Source of the DNA: Elusimicrobiota bacterium
GTDB lineage: Bacteria > CG03 > SLGR01 > PWQF01
Direction of reading: 5' to 3'
Assembly (NCBI GenBank): GCA_003557485.1
Contig: PWOI01000179.1
Location: 13,789 to 77,788, forward strand
DNA: 64,000 nucleotides
Part shown: piece by piece, positions 43,712 through 53,584 of the stretch
Numbering within the stretch: the first letter of the stretch is position 1
How the letters are laid out: the number at the start of each line of letters is the position of its first letter
The notes under the pieces: generated by a model
Told to the model about the DNA's origin: nothing
What the model saw: the letters and a program-made list of their open reading frames with translations, nothing else
Database searches by the model: none
Made by a program: the position numbers and the translations under genes

Positions 43712-45842
43712 ACCACTCATAATAGTTGAATCACCTACAAAAGCCAAAGTAATTGATAAATTTCTTGGAGGCAGCCATAAAGTAATTTCCAGTATGGGGC
43801 ATGTTATGGACCTTCCGAAAAAGAAACTGGGTGTGGATATAGAAAAAAACTTTGAACCTCAGTATGAGGTTATAAGGGGCAAGGGTAAAATAATAAAAGA
43901 AATTTCCGGCTTAATGAAAAAAGCAGACAGGGTTTATCTTGGAATGGATGAAGACCGTGAAGGTGAAGCTATAGGATGGCATATTCTGCAGGCCGGCGGA
44001 CTGGCCGGTACGGAAGAAAAAGCTGACAGGATAGTTTTCCATGAAATAACCAAGAGGGCTATAGAAAATGCCCTTCAGTCACCACGGAGTATAGATGTAA
44101 ACCTGGTAGACGCCCAGAAAGCAAGAAGAATTCTTGATAGAATAGTCGGATACAAGGTTTCTTCTTTACTTTCAAAAAAAATAAGGAGAGGGCTTTCAGC
44201 CGGCCGGGTTCAGTCTGTTGCCCTGCGTCTTATTGTAAACAGGGAGCAGGAAAGAGAAGCGTTTACCCCCCGGGACTATTACACGGTCGAGGGAAAGATC
44301 GGCAAAGAAAATATATCTCTTGAAACTTCCCTGTGGGGCCGGCAGGGAAAGAAAATAAAGAAATTTGAACTGGATAAAGAAGCCTCGGACAGGATAGTAA
44401 GTGAATGTCTCAAGTCTGAGGCTGTTGTTGAAAAAATAACAAAAAAAAGCCGGAAAAACCATCCCTACGCTCCTTTTATAACATCTACTCTACAGCAGGA
44501 GGCTTACAGCAGACTGAAGATGACACCATATGCGACAATGAGAGAAGCTCAGAAACTTTACGAGGGAGTAGAACTTCCGGATGGTAGTTCAGGGGGATTG
44601 ATCACTTATATGAGAACCGATTCTGTGAAAATTGCCAGAGAGGCAGTTGAAAATTCCAGAAAGTTCATAGCTAATAATATAGGGCCGGAATATGTTCCGG
44701 AAAAACCTAATTTTTATAAGTCAAAGAAGTCGGCCCAGGAAGCCCATGAATGTATAAGGCCCACAGATGTCACACTAAGGCCGGAGTCTCTTAAGGACAC
44801 ACTGGATAAAAACCAGTACCGGCTCTATGATCTTATCTGGCGAAGATTTGTCGCCTGCCAAATGAAGCCGGCTTTACTGGAGATGGTAAAAGTTGATATA
44901 AAATGTTCGGGATACGATTTCAGGTCAAACGGCCAGAAAATTGTTTTTGACGGTTACAACAGGGTTTGGAAGGCAGAAATAAAAGAACAGAGCGTTGCCG
45001 GTGTTGAAGAAGGAAATGTACTTAACTGGCAAGAACTAGGGGCAATTGCACACCAGACCCAGCCTCCTCCGCGCTACACTATGGCAACACTTGTTAAAGA
45101 ACTTGAAAACAATGGTGTAGGCCGACCTTCAACGTATGCATCCATACTGAATACTCTTTTTAAAAGGAAATATATTTTTTCTGAGAAGGGACGGCTTGTT
45201 CCGGATGAAATATCTTTTGAAGTTATAAAAGGGCTTCAGGATCATTTTCAGACAATTGTTGACTTGGAATTCACTGCGAAAATGGAAGAAAACCTAGATC
45301 TTGTTGCTGAAGGTAAAATGCAATGGAAAGAAATGCTTGAAGTATTTTACGAAAGTTTCAGGGATCAATTGGAAAAAGCAACTGAAAATATGGAAAAAAC
45401 AAAAGATGAAGAAACAGATAAAATATGTCCGGACTGCAAGGAGCCTATGGTTATAAGAAGAGGAAGGAACGGTAAATTTTTGGCCTGCACAGGATTTCCT
45501 GCCTGTAAAAAAACATATAATATTGATGAAGAGGGCAATATTGTTGAAGAAAAAAAATCAGATATAAAATGTCCGAAGTGTTCTTCTGCCATGATTGAAA
45601 AAAACGGAAGATACGGTAAGTTTTTAGCCTGCAGCAAATTTCCGGGTTGCAAAACTACTCTGGCCATAGATAAGGAAGGAGAACTGATAAAAATACCTCT
45701 GGGCTTTGAAAGATGTCCCGAATGCGGAAAGAATACTACTATAAAAAGAGGAAGAAAGGGTATGTTTCTTGCCTGCAGCGGATACCCTAAATGCAGGTTT
45801 TCCATGAATTATGAAAAGGCTCTGGAAAAATCCCGAAAGTAA
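43704..45842 (+). CDS. topA: DNA topoisomerase I with four C-terminal C4 zinc ribbons
   Basis: Toprim domain (IIVESPTKAK, DEDREGEAI). Catalytic region. 4 x CPxC...CxxC ribbons. Confidence 0.9.
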   Translation: MNKPLIIVESPTKAKVIDKFLGGSHKVISSMGHVMDLPKKKLGVDIEKNFEPQYEVIRGKGKIIKEISGLMKKADRVYLGMDEDREGEAIGWHILQAGGLAGTEEKADRIVFHEITKRAIENALQSPRSIDVNLVDAQKARRILDRIVGYKVSSLLSKKIRRGLSAGRVQSVALRLIVNREQEREAFTPRDYYTVEGKIGKENISLETSLWGRQGKKIKKFELDKEASDRIVSECLKSEAVVEKITKKSRKNHPYAPFITSTLQQEAYSRLKMTPYATMREAQKLYEGVELPDGSSGGLITYMRTDSVKIAREAVENSRKFIANNIGPEYVPEKPNFYKSKKSAQEAHECIRPTDVTLRPESLKDTLDKNQYRLYDLIWRRFVACQMKPALLEMVKVDIKCSGYDFRSNGQKIVFDGYNRVWKAEIKEQSVAGVEEGNVLNWQELGAIAHQTQPPPRYTMATLVKELENNGVGRPSTYASILNTLFKRKYIFSEKGRLVPDEISFEVIKGLQDHFQTIVDLEFTAKMEENLDLVAEGKMQWKEMLEVFYESFRDQLEKATENMEKTKDEETDKICPDCKEPMVIRRGRNGKFLACTGFPACKKTYNIDEEGNIVEEKKSDIKCPKCSSAMIEKNGRYGKFLACSKFPGCKTTLAIDKEGELIKIPLGFERCPECGKNTTIKRGRKGMFLACSGYPKCRFSMNYEKALEKSRK

Positions 45843-45851
45843 CTTTAAAGG

Positions 45852-46802
45852 GTGTATGTATCACGCCGCAAGGACATATGCCTTATGAATAAAGAACGAG
45901 AAAAAACTGGAAAATGCCTGGAAGACTGCCGAAAGAAATTTATTGAATATATACGCTACGAAAAAGAATATTCTCCCGCAACTAGAAACGCATACGGGAA
46001 AGATATTAAGCACTTCATAGAATTTTTAATAAGAAAGGGATTGACAGATTTTTCCCTGGTTAAACATACTGATATACGAGAGTACCTTGGGGAACTTCAG
46101 GGTAGATTATCCAGGTCTTCGATAAACCGGAAACTTTCTTCTATCAGGAGTCTTTTTTCATATATGCTTAAAGCAGGAATGATAGAGTCGGACCCTACCG
46201 GCAAAGTTTATTCTCCGGCCGCGCCGTCCCGGTCTCCGGAAGTTCTTACTGTTAAAGAGGTCGCGGCAATGATAAACGCCGCTGTTGAAAACAAAAAACT
46301 TAAAATACGGAACAGGGCGATTATGGAATTTATGTATTCTACCGGATGCCGCGTTGAAGAAGCCGCCGCCCTTAATGTAAAAGACCTGGATTTACTGGGC
46401 GGCACGGTCCTTTTAAAGGGAAAAGGCAGGAAGGAAAGAATTGCGCCTATGGGACGCCCTGCAGTAGAATCTGTTCACAGATACCTGGTTTTCAGGGAAC
46501 ATAGCGGATGGGGAGAGGGATTTCCTGCGGTTTTTATAACCTATCGCGGCAACCGCCTGACTCAAAGAAGCATCCGAAGAATAGTTAAGAAGCAGGCGGC
46601 ACTTGCGGGGATAACTAAGAATACAGGACCGCATACTTTAAGGCACAGTTTTGCAACGCATATGCTTGAAAACGGTTGCAATTTAAGGACTGTTCAGGAG
46701 TTGCTGGGCCATGTGCGCCTGCAGACAACCCAGAGATATACGCATCTTTCCAGAAAAAAATTAAAGGAGGTATACCTGCAATCGCATCCAAGAAACCTGT
46801 AA
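45852..46802 (+). CDS. xerC: Tyrosine site-specific recombinase XerC/XerD type
   Basis: SAM-like N-terminal domain. Catalytic R...HxxR...Y (RHSFATHMLENGCNLRTVQELLGHVRLQTTQRYTH). Conserved dprA-topA-xerC neighbourhood. Confidence 0.8.
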   Translation: MYVSRRKDICLMNKEREKTGKCLEDCRKKFIEYIRYEKEYSPATRNAYGKDIKHFIEFLIRKGLTDFSLVKHTDIREYLGELQGRLSRSSINRKLSSIRSLFSYMLKAGMIESDPTGKVYSPAAPSRSPEVLTVKEVAAMINAAVENKKLKIRNRAIMEFMYSTGCRVEEAAALNVKDLDLLGGTVLLKGKGRKERIAPMGRPAVESVHRYLVFREHSGWGEGFPAVFITYRGNRLTQRSIRRIVKKQAALAGITKNTGPHTLRHSFATHMLENGCNLRTVQELLGHVRLQTTQRYTHLSRKKLKEVYLQSHPRNL

Positions 46803-47806
46803 GTAAGGCCGATATAGAAGTTCTAACTGAAGAAACAGGGTGTAGTCCTGATGAAGCAAAGGAATATTATCGCAACGTGGATGGAAATATCTCGCTGGCT
46901 CTACAGAATATTTCAAGAGACATACATCCCATCGGTATTCTTAAATGCCGCTTCAGTTCGGTTAAGGCCGGCATATACGGACTTTTTCTTTTTATATTTA
47001 ATGTAAGATATGAAAAAATAGTGAGAATAGCTTCGGTCGCCGGATGCAATCCGGAAATATGCGAAACCAATATTAATGACAATTGGTTTTCTTTCGAAAA
47101 GGAGTTATATTCCAAACGCCTTAAAGAAGGGAGTCTCCGTGATGTAACCCAGAATATGGAACAGACTCTCCTGAAAAAACTTGATGATAAAAAACCCGGG
47201 GGCTTTTTTGATATGTACAGAGCCGGCGACAGTGAAGGAATAAGTGCGCTTATGGAACAGGGCATTAGGGAAGTAGTTAAATATGACACCGGTGAAGATT
47301 GTCTTGTGGATTTAATGGTCAGGGCCCAGCGTCTAAATCTTAGACAGTTCAGGTACCTTACGGATTCAGAATCAGTTGCTGAGGAATTCAAGCTGCAACA
47401 TGGCGACGAGCCTGCATATAGCACTCTTGTTGCACTGGATACAGAAATTGTTAAGGTTTCCGGCACTCCTGTCGTAAGAGTCGAGAAAATAGAAGCAGGA
47501 GATATGGTTTTTACCAAGATCAAGGATATGAGGGATATAGGAATATATCTTTCACATCTTCTGGGAGCAAGAAAAGATGATGATTTTCTTCCTATTCCGT
47601 CAACAGTTGCCGATGTGAAGGAAACAAAAGAAGGGATAGAGTTGGTTGTTCGTTTCGGGCCCGGTATCGTTGGAAGGTCCCTTGAAGACCCAAGAAAAAA
47701 AATAAGTATATGGAGGCCGACAGAGGCAAAACCCCCCTGGAGGCTATACGTAGGGACAGTTGCGCTTGCTCTAATAGTTTTGTATTATCTATTATTCCTT
47801 AGATAA
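46676..47806 (+). CDS. Hypothetical protein with N-terminal UBA/EF-Ts-N-like helical domain and C-terminal TM anchor. Start uncertain: TTG at 46676 overlaps xerC by 127 nt.
   Basis: DIEVLTEETGCSPDEAKEYYRNVDGNISLALQNI resembles UBA-like domains. C-terminal PWRLYVGTVALALIVLYYLLFL is hydrophobic. Strong SD AAAGGAGG at 46763 lies inside the xerC 3' end. Confidence 0.5.
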   Translation: MQFKDCSGVAGPCAPADNPEIYASFQKKIKGGIPAIASKKPVSKADIEVLTEETGCSPDEAKEYYRNVDGNISLALQNISRDIHPIGILKCRFSSVKAGIYGLFLFIFNVRYEKIVRIASVAGCNPEICETNINDNWFSFEKELYSKRLKEGSLRDVTQNMEQTLLKKLDDKKPGGFFDMYRAGDSEGISALMEQGIREVVKYDTGEDCLVDLMVRAQRLNLRQFRYLTDSESVAEEFKLQHGDEPAYSTLVALDTEIVKVSGTPVVRVEKIEAGDMVFTKIKDMRDIGIYLSHLLGARKDDDFLPIPSTVADVKETKEGIELVVRFGPGIVGRSLEDPRKKISIWRPTEAKPPWRLYVGTVALALIVLYYLLFLR

Positions 47807-47847
47807 GATTGTAACTGCCGGAATTTTACTTTCATTAAAATTTTATT

Positions 47848-48969
47848 ATGAAAAAAACCTTTAATATTAATTTAGAAAAAATAAAGAAAACTGCTTCAAA
47901 ATCAGCACTGATCACTTTTGCAGCTGTCATTGTCGCCGGAGTAATCGGTACATGGTCAGTCAATATACTCATAAAACAGATAATACATGACCGCAGTGAA
48001 GTTTTAGTGCCCGATATAGAAGGTATGCCGCTGGAAGAGGCACTTGAACTTTTAAGCGAAAGAAATCTTTCTCTATCCCTGATTGCAAGGAAATATGATC
48101 CGGATATTCCCTCGGGAAGTGTAATATCGCAGACCCCGCCTCCGGGCCTCATGGTAAGGGAAGGAGGGGTTATTGAAACTGTTATTTCTTCCGGTGGACA
48201 GGTTGTTTTTGTCCCCAGGGTTGAGGGAAGGGTTCTCAGAGAGGCCGAAATGCTTATACGCCAGGCAGGCCTGCAGATGGGTGAACAGACCCGGACTTAT
48301 TCCCGTACGGTGGAAGAAGGTTACGTGGTTTCCCAGTCCCCGCCTCCAGACGAAGTCGTTCAGGGTGATTCGTATGTTGATATTGTGGTAAGTCTCGGAT
48401 CTGCGGATTATGATAAAGTGGCCTATATGCCGGACCTGGAAGGAATGAGGATAAGAAATGCAGAGAGGGTCCTTAATGAGATGGGGCTCAGAATAGCGGC
48501 AGTAAAAGCGGAAATATATGAAGAATTGCCGGAGGGGACGGTTGTTAAACAGTCACCTGAGGCTGGTGTTGAAATAGAGACAGGTAAAAGCGTTGACCTT
48601 ATTATTTCAAGAAAAAAACAGGAAACCCTTCAGGTTAGAGAAGAAATCATCAGATACAATATAACATCTGAAGATATCGGAAGTGATATAAAAATAATAT
48701 TGTCCGACGATATTAGGGACGAATATGTTCTATACGAAGAAACTGCTGAAGATGTGGAGAAAATTGAAATTCCGGTAAGGGTACTCGGCAAAGCAAAAGT
48801 CCAGGTTTTTTCAGGGAAAAATATTATTTCCGAAAAGATATATGAAGAAAAAAAAGAAACAGAAGAATACGAGGAGCTTTTAGATACGGAAGATCCCGGT
48901 GAAGATTTGTTTTTTGAAGATATTTTTCCTGAAGATTACGGGGAAATCGAAGAGTTTTTTATTGAATAA
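47848..48969 (+). CDS. Kinase-less PASTA-repeat protein (N-terminal TM, 3 PASTA domains, acidic C-terminal tail)
   Basis: Repeats VPDIEGMPLEEALELL..., VPRVEGRVLREAEMLIRQAG..., MPDLEGMRIRNAERVLNEMG... Tail EEYEELLDTEDPGEDLFFEDIFPEDYGEIEEFF. Confidence 0.7.
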   Translation: MKKTFNINLEKIKKTASKSALITFAAVIVAGVIGTWSVNILIKQIIHDRSEVLVPDIEGMPLEEALELLSERNLSLSLIARKYDPDIPSGSVISQTPPPGLMVREGGVIETVISSGGQVVFVPRVEGRVLREAEMLIRQAGLQMGEQTRTYSRTVEEGYVVSQSPPPDEVVQGDSYVDIVVSLGSADYDKVAYMPDLEGMRIRNAERVLNEMGLRIAAVKAEIYEELPEGTVVKQSPEAGVEIETGKSVDLIISRKKQETLQVREEIIRYNITSEDIGSDIKIILSDDIRDEYVLYEETAEDVEKIEIPVRVLGKAKVQVFSGKNIISEKIYEEKKETEEYEELLDTEDPGEDLFFEDIFPEDYGEIEEFFIE

Positions 48970-49625
48970 TGAATAAGAAATTTGAAATATCAGCATCTGT
49001 TCTCAATATGGATTTTTCCATGATGAGAGAGAGTATTGCTAAGATCGAAGAAACCGGTATAGATTCTTTCCACCTTGATATCATGGATGGAAATTTTGTC
49101 AATAATATTTCTTTCGGGCCGGATATATCAAAAACAATTATTTCTCTTGCGACAGTCCCGGTACATTCACACCTTATGGTAAAAAATCCTGAGAAATATG
49201 CAGACAGGTTTTTTGATGCCGGGACAGAAAGTGTAACAGTGCATGCAGAGGTTTTAAATAAAGAAAACCGGGGTTTGCTTGACAGGCCCCGTATGGGCCT
49301 GTCTCTTAATCCTGATATCCCTCTGGAAATTCTGGATCCGTACCTTGAAAAAGCTGAAAGGATTCTAGTAATGAGCGTTATGGCAGGGTTCGGCGGCCAG
49401 AAGTTTATGGATGGCAGCCTTAAAAGAATTGAATCCCTCAGAAATAAAAGAGAAAAAAAGGGTTATTCTTTTCTTATTGAGGTGGACGGTGGAATAAATG
49501 GTGCAAATGCTCCTCTCTGCATAAAAGCCGGTGCGGATGTTGTTATAGTAGGTTCCTGGATAACTCTTTCGGATGATCCGTCCGGTAGGGTAAAAATTCT
49601 TAAAAGTATTCCCGGCCGGAAATAA
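48969..49625 (+). CDS. rpe: Ribulose-phosphate 3-epimerase
   Basis: ISASVLNMDF...FHLDIMDGNFV...VHAEV...VDGGIN. Confidence 0.85.
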   Translation: MNKKFEISASVLNMDFSMMRESIAKIEETGIDSFHLDIMDGNFVNNISFGPDISKTIISLATVPVHSHLMVKNPEKYADRFFDAGTESVTVHAEVLNKENRGLLDRPRMGLSLNPDIPLEILDPYLEKAERILVMSVMAGFGGQKFMDGSLKRIESLRNKREKKGYSFLIEVDGGINGANAPLCIKAGADVVIVGSWITLSDDPSGRVKILKSIPGRK

Positions 49626-49654
49626 CCGGAACCGGTTGTGTAAAACTTTTCATA

Positions 49655-50104
49655 ATGGTAAAAACAGCAGCAAGAAATAAGTCCGCGTATTACAATTTTA
49701 ATATTATTAAAAAATTTGAGGCCGGAATATGCCTTAAAGGGTGCGAAGTCAAATCTTTAAGAGGCGGGCAGGCAGATATAAAGCAGAGCTTTGCAAAAAT
49801 AATTGAAGAGGAGATATTTCTTCTGAATGCTCATATAGCACCTTATGACAAGGCGTCCGGAAACGAACAGTACGACCCTCTCCGGCCAAGGAAACTGCTT
49901 CTTAATAAAAAAGAAATACGGCAGATTGATAAGAAACTGCAGACAAAAGGATTTACCCTTGTCCCTGTTGAAATATATTTTAAGAGAGGCCGGGCGAAAG
50001 TAACCATAGGGCTGGCTGAGGGAAAGACAAAAACCGATAAAAGGCAGGCCATAAAAAAGCGGATAATGGAAAGGGAAATGGACAGGGAAAAGAAAAATTA
50101 TTGA
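49655..50104 (+). CDS. smpB: SsrA-binding protein SmpB
   Basis: NKSAYYNFNI...GCEVKSLR...LLNAHIAPY...RKLLLNKKEI. Confidence 0.9.
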   Translation: MVKTAARNKSAYYNFNIIKKFEAGICLKGCEVKSLRGGQADIKQSFAKIIEEEIFLLNAHIAPYDKASGNEQYDPLRPRKLLLNKKEIRQIDKKLQTKGFTLVPVEIYFKRGRAKVTIGLAEGKTKTDKRQAIKKRIMEREMDREKKNY

Positions 50105-50129
50105 CAAATAGTTGTTTTATATGTATAAA
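50101..50129 (+). promoter_or_regulatory. sigma70-like promoter TTGACA-17-TATAAA at the head of a 247-bp AT-rich gap before polA
   Basis: TTGACA at 50101-50106 (overlaps the smpB stop). 17-nt spacer. TATAAA at 50124-50129. Confidence 0.4.
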
Positions 50130-50351
50130 TAAAATGACATTCCGGTTTTAAAGCAACCCGATTTTATTAAAACTTTATCCGCGTCCGGATTTCGAATCTT
50201 TTTTACATTTAATCTTCTGTATGAAAATATCTGATAGTATTCTTAAGGTGCTTGTTATAACTGACATTCATAAAAAGCATAAATAAACTTTCCGCCGGGG
50301 GAAAACCTTAATTGATGAATCAAAAAAAGGTCGCCTGTTGCGGGCTTATTA

Positions 50352-52988
50352 ATGAAGAAAAATAAAATAATTATAATTGACGGCAATTCCTGTATCCACA
50401 GGGCGTATCACGCTTTACCTCCCCTTACTGATGCCGGGGGCAGGATTGTTAATGCTGTATTCGGTTTTTTGAAAATGCTGAAAAAAATAGTCAATAGCGA
50501 GAAACCAACGCATATTCTTGTGGCTTTTGACCACGAAAAGCCTACTTTCAGGCATAAAGATTTTAGTGAATATAAATCGCACAGGGCCCGTACTGATACA
50601 GAATTGACAGAGCAGTTTCCGGTTATGTATGAAATGCTTGATCTTCTCAATATAAAGAGGCTTTCCTGTGAGGGGTTTGAGGCCGATGATATAATTGCTA
50701 CTTTCGCTGTTAACGCCCGAAAAAAAAACTTGCCCGCTTCAATAGTAACTTCCGATAAGGATATTTTACAGATTGTTGAGGAAGGAGTAACGGTTATAGA
50801 CGGGATGAAAGAGAAGGTCTATGACGAAGAGGGAGTAAAGGAAAAACTTGGGATTGCTCCTCGTTATGTTAGAGATTATATTGCCCTTGTAGGCGACAAG
50901 TCCGATAATCTTCCCGGTGTAAGAGGAATAGGCCCGGTTACTGCCGTAAAACTAATTAACGAGTACGGAGACCTGGACAAAATATACGATTCAATTGAAG
51001 ATATAGACGGAAGGGTGAGAAAGAAACTGGTTGCGGAGAGGGATAACGCCTATATGACACGCCGGCTGGCAACGCTTATAAAAGACCTTGACCTGAATAT
51101 AAATATAGATGACTGCGTCTGGAAAGGCCCCGATACGGAAAAGCTCAGAAAAAAGCTCAGGGAGCTTAATTTTAATTCTCTTATATCGGATTGGGTTGAA
51201 AAAGATGAGCTGATGGGCGAGCTGAATGTGAAAGTACTGCGCCACGGGGATGATGTTGCCCGGTTTGTACGGAAAAACAGTTCCTGTGCCGAAGCTGTTT
51301 CAGAAGTTCTGTGTGAGTCAGATGAATTGATAGGAATAGGTATAAGTTTCGACTCCCGCAATTGTTTTTACATTCCGGTTGGGCATAAATATCTCGGTGC
51401 GGGAAAACAGGCCGGAGCGGCGGAAACAATTAAAATTCTTAGTGAAAGCATTTTTAAACAGTCTTGCGGAATCTGCGCTTATGATTTTAAGAGTCTTTAT
51501 AAGCAGTTGCGGAAAGAAGGAGTTGATAATATAACTCCCTCCTTTGACTGCATAACAGCCGACTATGTTTTAAGTGGCCGTGCCGGTGTCCGGACTCTTA
51601 AGGAAATAGCGGCTGGATGTCTTGAATGGGTGCCCCCCGATTTGCCGGAGCAGCCTTCTGAGTCAGAAATAGAAAAGACAGCTTATGCTGTGTCAACAAG
51701 AATTAATGCGGTTTTTAATATAAGGAAAAAACTCGAAAAGAGAATAAGAGAAGCTTCAATCAGTGACCTTTATGAAAACGTGGAACTTCCTGTTTTAAAG
51801 ATACTTGGAGAAATGGAACTGACCGGCATAAAAGTAAACATTGAAATGCTGGGGGAAGTAGAAAAAGAACTTAAGCAGGAACTGAAGGAGGTTGAAGAAG
51901 ACGTGTTTGAAGCGGCCGGAGAAACATTCAATATAAATTCTCCATCCCAGCTTTCAAGGATATTGTTTCATAAGCTTAAACTGGAATCAGTCAGAAAAAC
52001 AAAGACCGGATACTCAACGGCAGATGATGTCCTTGAGGAATTGAAAGATAAGCATCCTCTGCCAGCAAAAATTCAGAAATACAGGCAGATACAGAAGCTT
52101 TTATCAACTTATATACAGCCTTTACCGGAAGCTGTAGACGGTGAAACCGGCAGAATTCATACAAATTTCAATATAACCGGAACTTCGACCGGGCGGCTCT
52201 CATCAACCGAGCCGAACCTGCAGAATATTCCCGTTAGGACAAAAAAAGGAACAAGGGTCAGGGAAAGCTTTACGGCCGGTGAGGGTAGTGTTTTTCTGAG
52301 CGCAGACTATTCACAGATTGATTTAAGGGTTCTGGCTCATATTTCCGGTGATGAACAGCTTATTGAGAGCTTTCTTAAGGAGGAAGACATACATAGACGG
52401 ACGGCTGCTCTGGTATTTGAAGTTTCCGGAGAACAGGTGACAGATGAGATGCGGAACCGAGCCAAAGCCATAAACTTCGGCATTGTATACGGTATGAGCG
52501 CCTGGGGCCTTGAAAAAAGAGTTGAGGGTATGAATAAGGGCGAATCCGAGGAATTTATCAGAAAATATTTCTTAAAATATCCGGCAATTGAAGAATATAT
52601 GAAAAATACAATTCAGCAGGTCAGGAAAAATAAATATGTTTCGACTATCCTCAACAGGCGCAGATATCTGCCGGAAATAAATTCGTCAAGCTACATGAGG
52701 AGAAAATCGTCAGAGAGGATGGCCATAAATACTCCGATACAGGGAAGCTCTGCAGATATTATTAAAAAAGCTATGGTAGATTTGGATGCGGTATTCAGTT
52801 TCAATCATAAACCGGTGAAACTGCTTCTTCAGATACATGACGAACTGCTTTTTGAGATGCCGGCCGGAGATGAGAAGAAGGCGCGGGAAATTATCAGAGA
52901 TAAAATGGAAAAAGCAGTAAAACTGAAAGTTCCTCTAAAAGTTGATTTTAAGAAAGGAATAAACTGGGGTTCCCTGGAAAGATGCTGA
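50352..52988 (+). CDS. polA: DNA polymerase I
   Basis: 5'-3' exonuclease N-terminus. Family-A polymerase motifs (DYSQIDLRVLAH, RRAKAINFGIVYG, QIHDELLFE). Confidence 0.9.
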   Translation: MKKNKIIIIDGNSCIHRAYHALPPLTDAGGRIVNAVFGFLKMLKKIVNSEKPTHILVAFDHEKPTFRHKDFSEYKSHRARTDTELTEQFPVMYEMLDLLNIKRLSCEGFEADDIIATFAVNARKKNLPASIVTSDKDILQIVEEGVTVIDGMKEKVYDEEGVKEKLGIAPRYVRDYIALVGDKSDNLPGVRGIGPVTAVKLINEYGDLDKIYDSIEDIDGRVRKKLVAERDNAYMTRRLATLIKDLDLNINIDDCVWKGPDTEKLRKKLRELNFNSLISDWVEKDELMGELNVKVLRHGDDVARFVRKNSSCAEAVSEVLCESDELIGIGISFDSRNCFYIPVGHKYLGAGKQAGAAETIKILSESIFKQSCGICAYDFKSLYKQLRKEGVDNITPSFDCITADYVLSGRAGVRTLKEIAAGCLEWVPPDLPEQPSESEIEKTAYAVSTRINAVFNIRKKLEKRIREASISDLYENVELPVLKILGEMELTGIKVNIEMLGEVEKELKQELKEVEEDVFEAAGETFNINSPSQLSRILFHKLKLESVRKTKTGYSTADDVLEELKDKHPLPAKIQKYRQIQKLLSTYIQPLPEAVDGETGRIHTNFNITGTSTGRLSSTEPNLQNIPVRTKKGTRVRESFTAGEGSVFLSADYSQIDLRVLAHISGDEQLIESFLKEEDIHRRTAALVFEVSGEQVTDEMRNRAKAINFGIVYGMSAWGLEKRVEGMNKGESEEFIRKYFLKYPAIEEYMKNTIQQVRKNKYVSTILNRRRYLPEINSSSYMRRKSSERMAINTPIQGSSADIIKKAMVDLDAVFSFNHKPVKLLLQIHDELLFEMPAGDEKKAREIIRDKMEKAVKLKVPLKVDFKKGINWGSLERC

Positions 52989-53584
52989 AAATAGGAATAA
53001 CCGGACTTATAGGAACAGGGAAAAGCAGAGTTCTTAAAATGTTTGCTGAAAACGGCATACCGGGAATCTCGGCCGATGAACTGATAAGGAGCTTCCAGAG
53101 CCCCGGAAATATACTCTGGCAGCATATTCGTAAAAGATGGGGAAAAGTTTTTTTTAAAGAGGACGGAGAACTCAACAGGGAAAAAATATCCGATGGACTT
53201 ATCAGGGATCCTGTTTTCAAAAAGGAACTGGAAGATCTGGCACATCCTCTTGTGAGAACAGAGATGCTGAAAATTTTTAACATATGGGAAAATGAAGGCA
53301 AAGAGTGCGCCGCAGCGGAAGTTCCCCTTCTTTTTCAGGCAGGATGGGAAAATATGTTTGATATTACAATACTTACGAAAACACGACCTGACATTCAGGC
53401 CGAAAGAATTATGAATAAAAGAAAAATATCCCGGAGTAAAGCCGAGAAATGGATATATATGCAATCCGGTGCAGGTATAAATGGTGAAAAAGCGGATATC
53501 GTTCTGGATACTTCGGTTCCGCCCGTGGAAACGGAAAAAAAGGTAAGGGAAATAATAAGAAAAATAAAGGAGGAGAAACAGTGA
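52982..53584 (+). CDS. coaE: Dephospho-CoA kinase
   Basis: [13 protein letters not shown]-loop. The polA-coaE adjacency is conserved. Confidence 0.85.
   Translation: MLKIGITGLIGTGKSRVLKMFAENGIPGISADELIRSFQSPGNILWQHIRKRWGKVFFKEDGELNREKISDGLIRDPVFKKELEDLAHPLVRTEMLKIFNIWENEGKECAAAEVPLLFQAGWENMFDITILTKTRPDIQAERIMNKRKISRSKAEKWIYMQSGAGINGEKADIVLDTSVPPVETEKKVREIIRKIKEEKQ

Noticed and set aside
45852-46802. Tyrosine recombinase as evidence of an integrated mobile element
   Set aside because: It lies in the conserved dprA-topA-xerC chromosomal neighbourhood and has an XerC/D-type catalytic motif. There is no flanking tRNA, direct repeat, transposase or phage gene.
50105-50351. tmRNA (ssrA) expected downstream of smpB
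   Set aside because: The region is AT-rich and only 247 bp long. It lacks the tRNA-like 5' GGGG acceptor and T-arm (GGTTCGAATCC-type) and a tag-peptide ORF ending in ...AA*. I find no support for tmRNA here.
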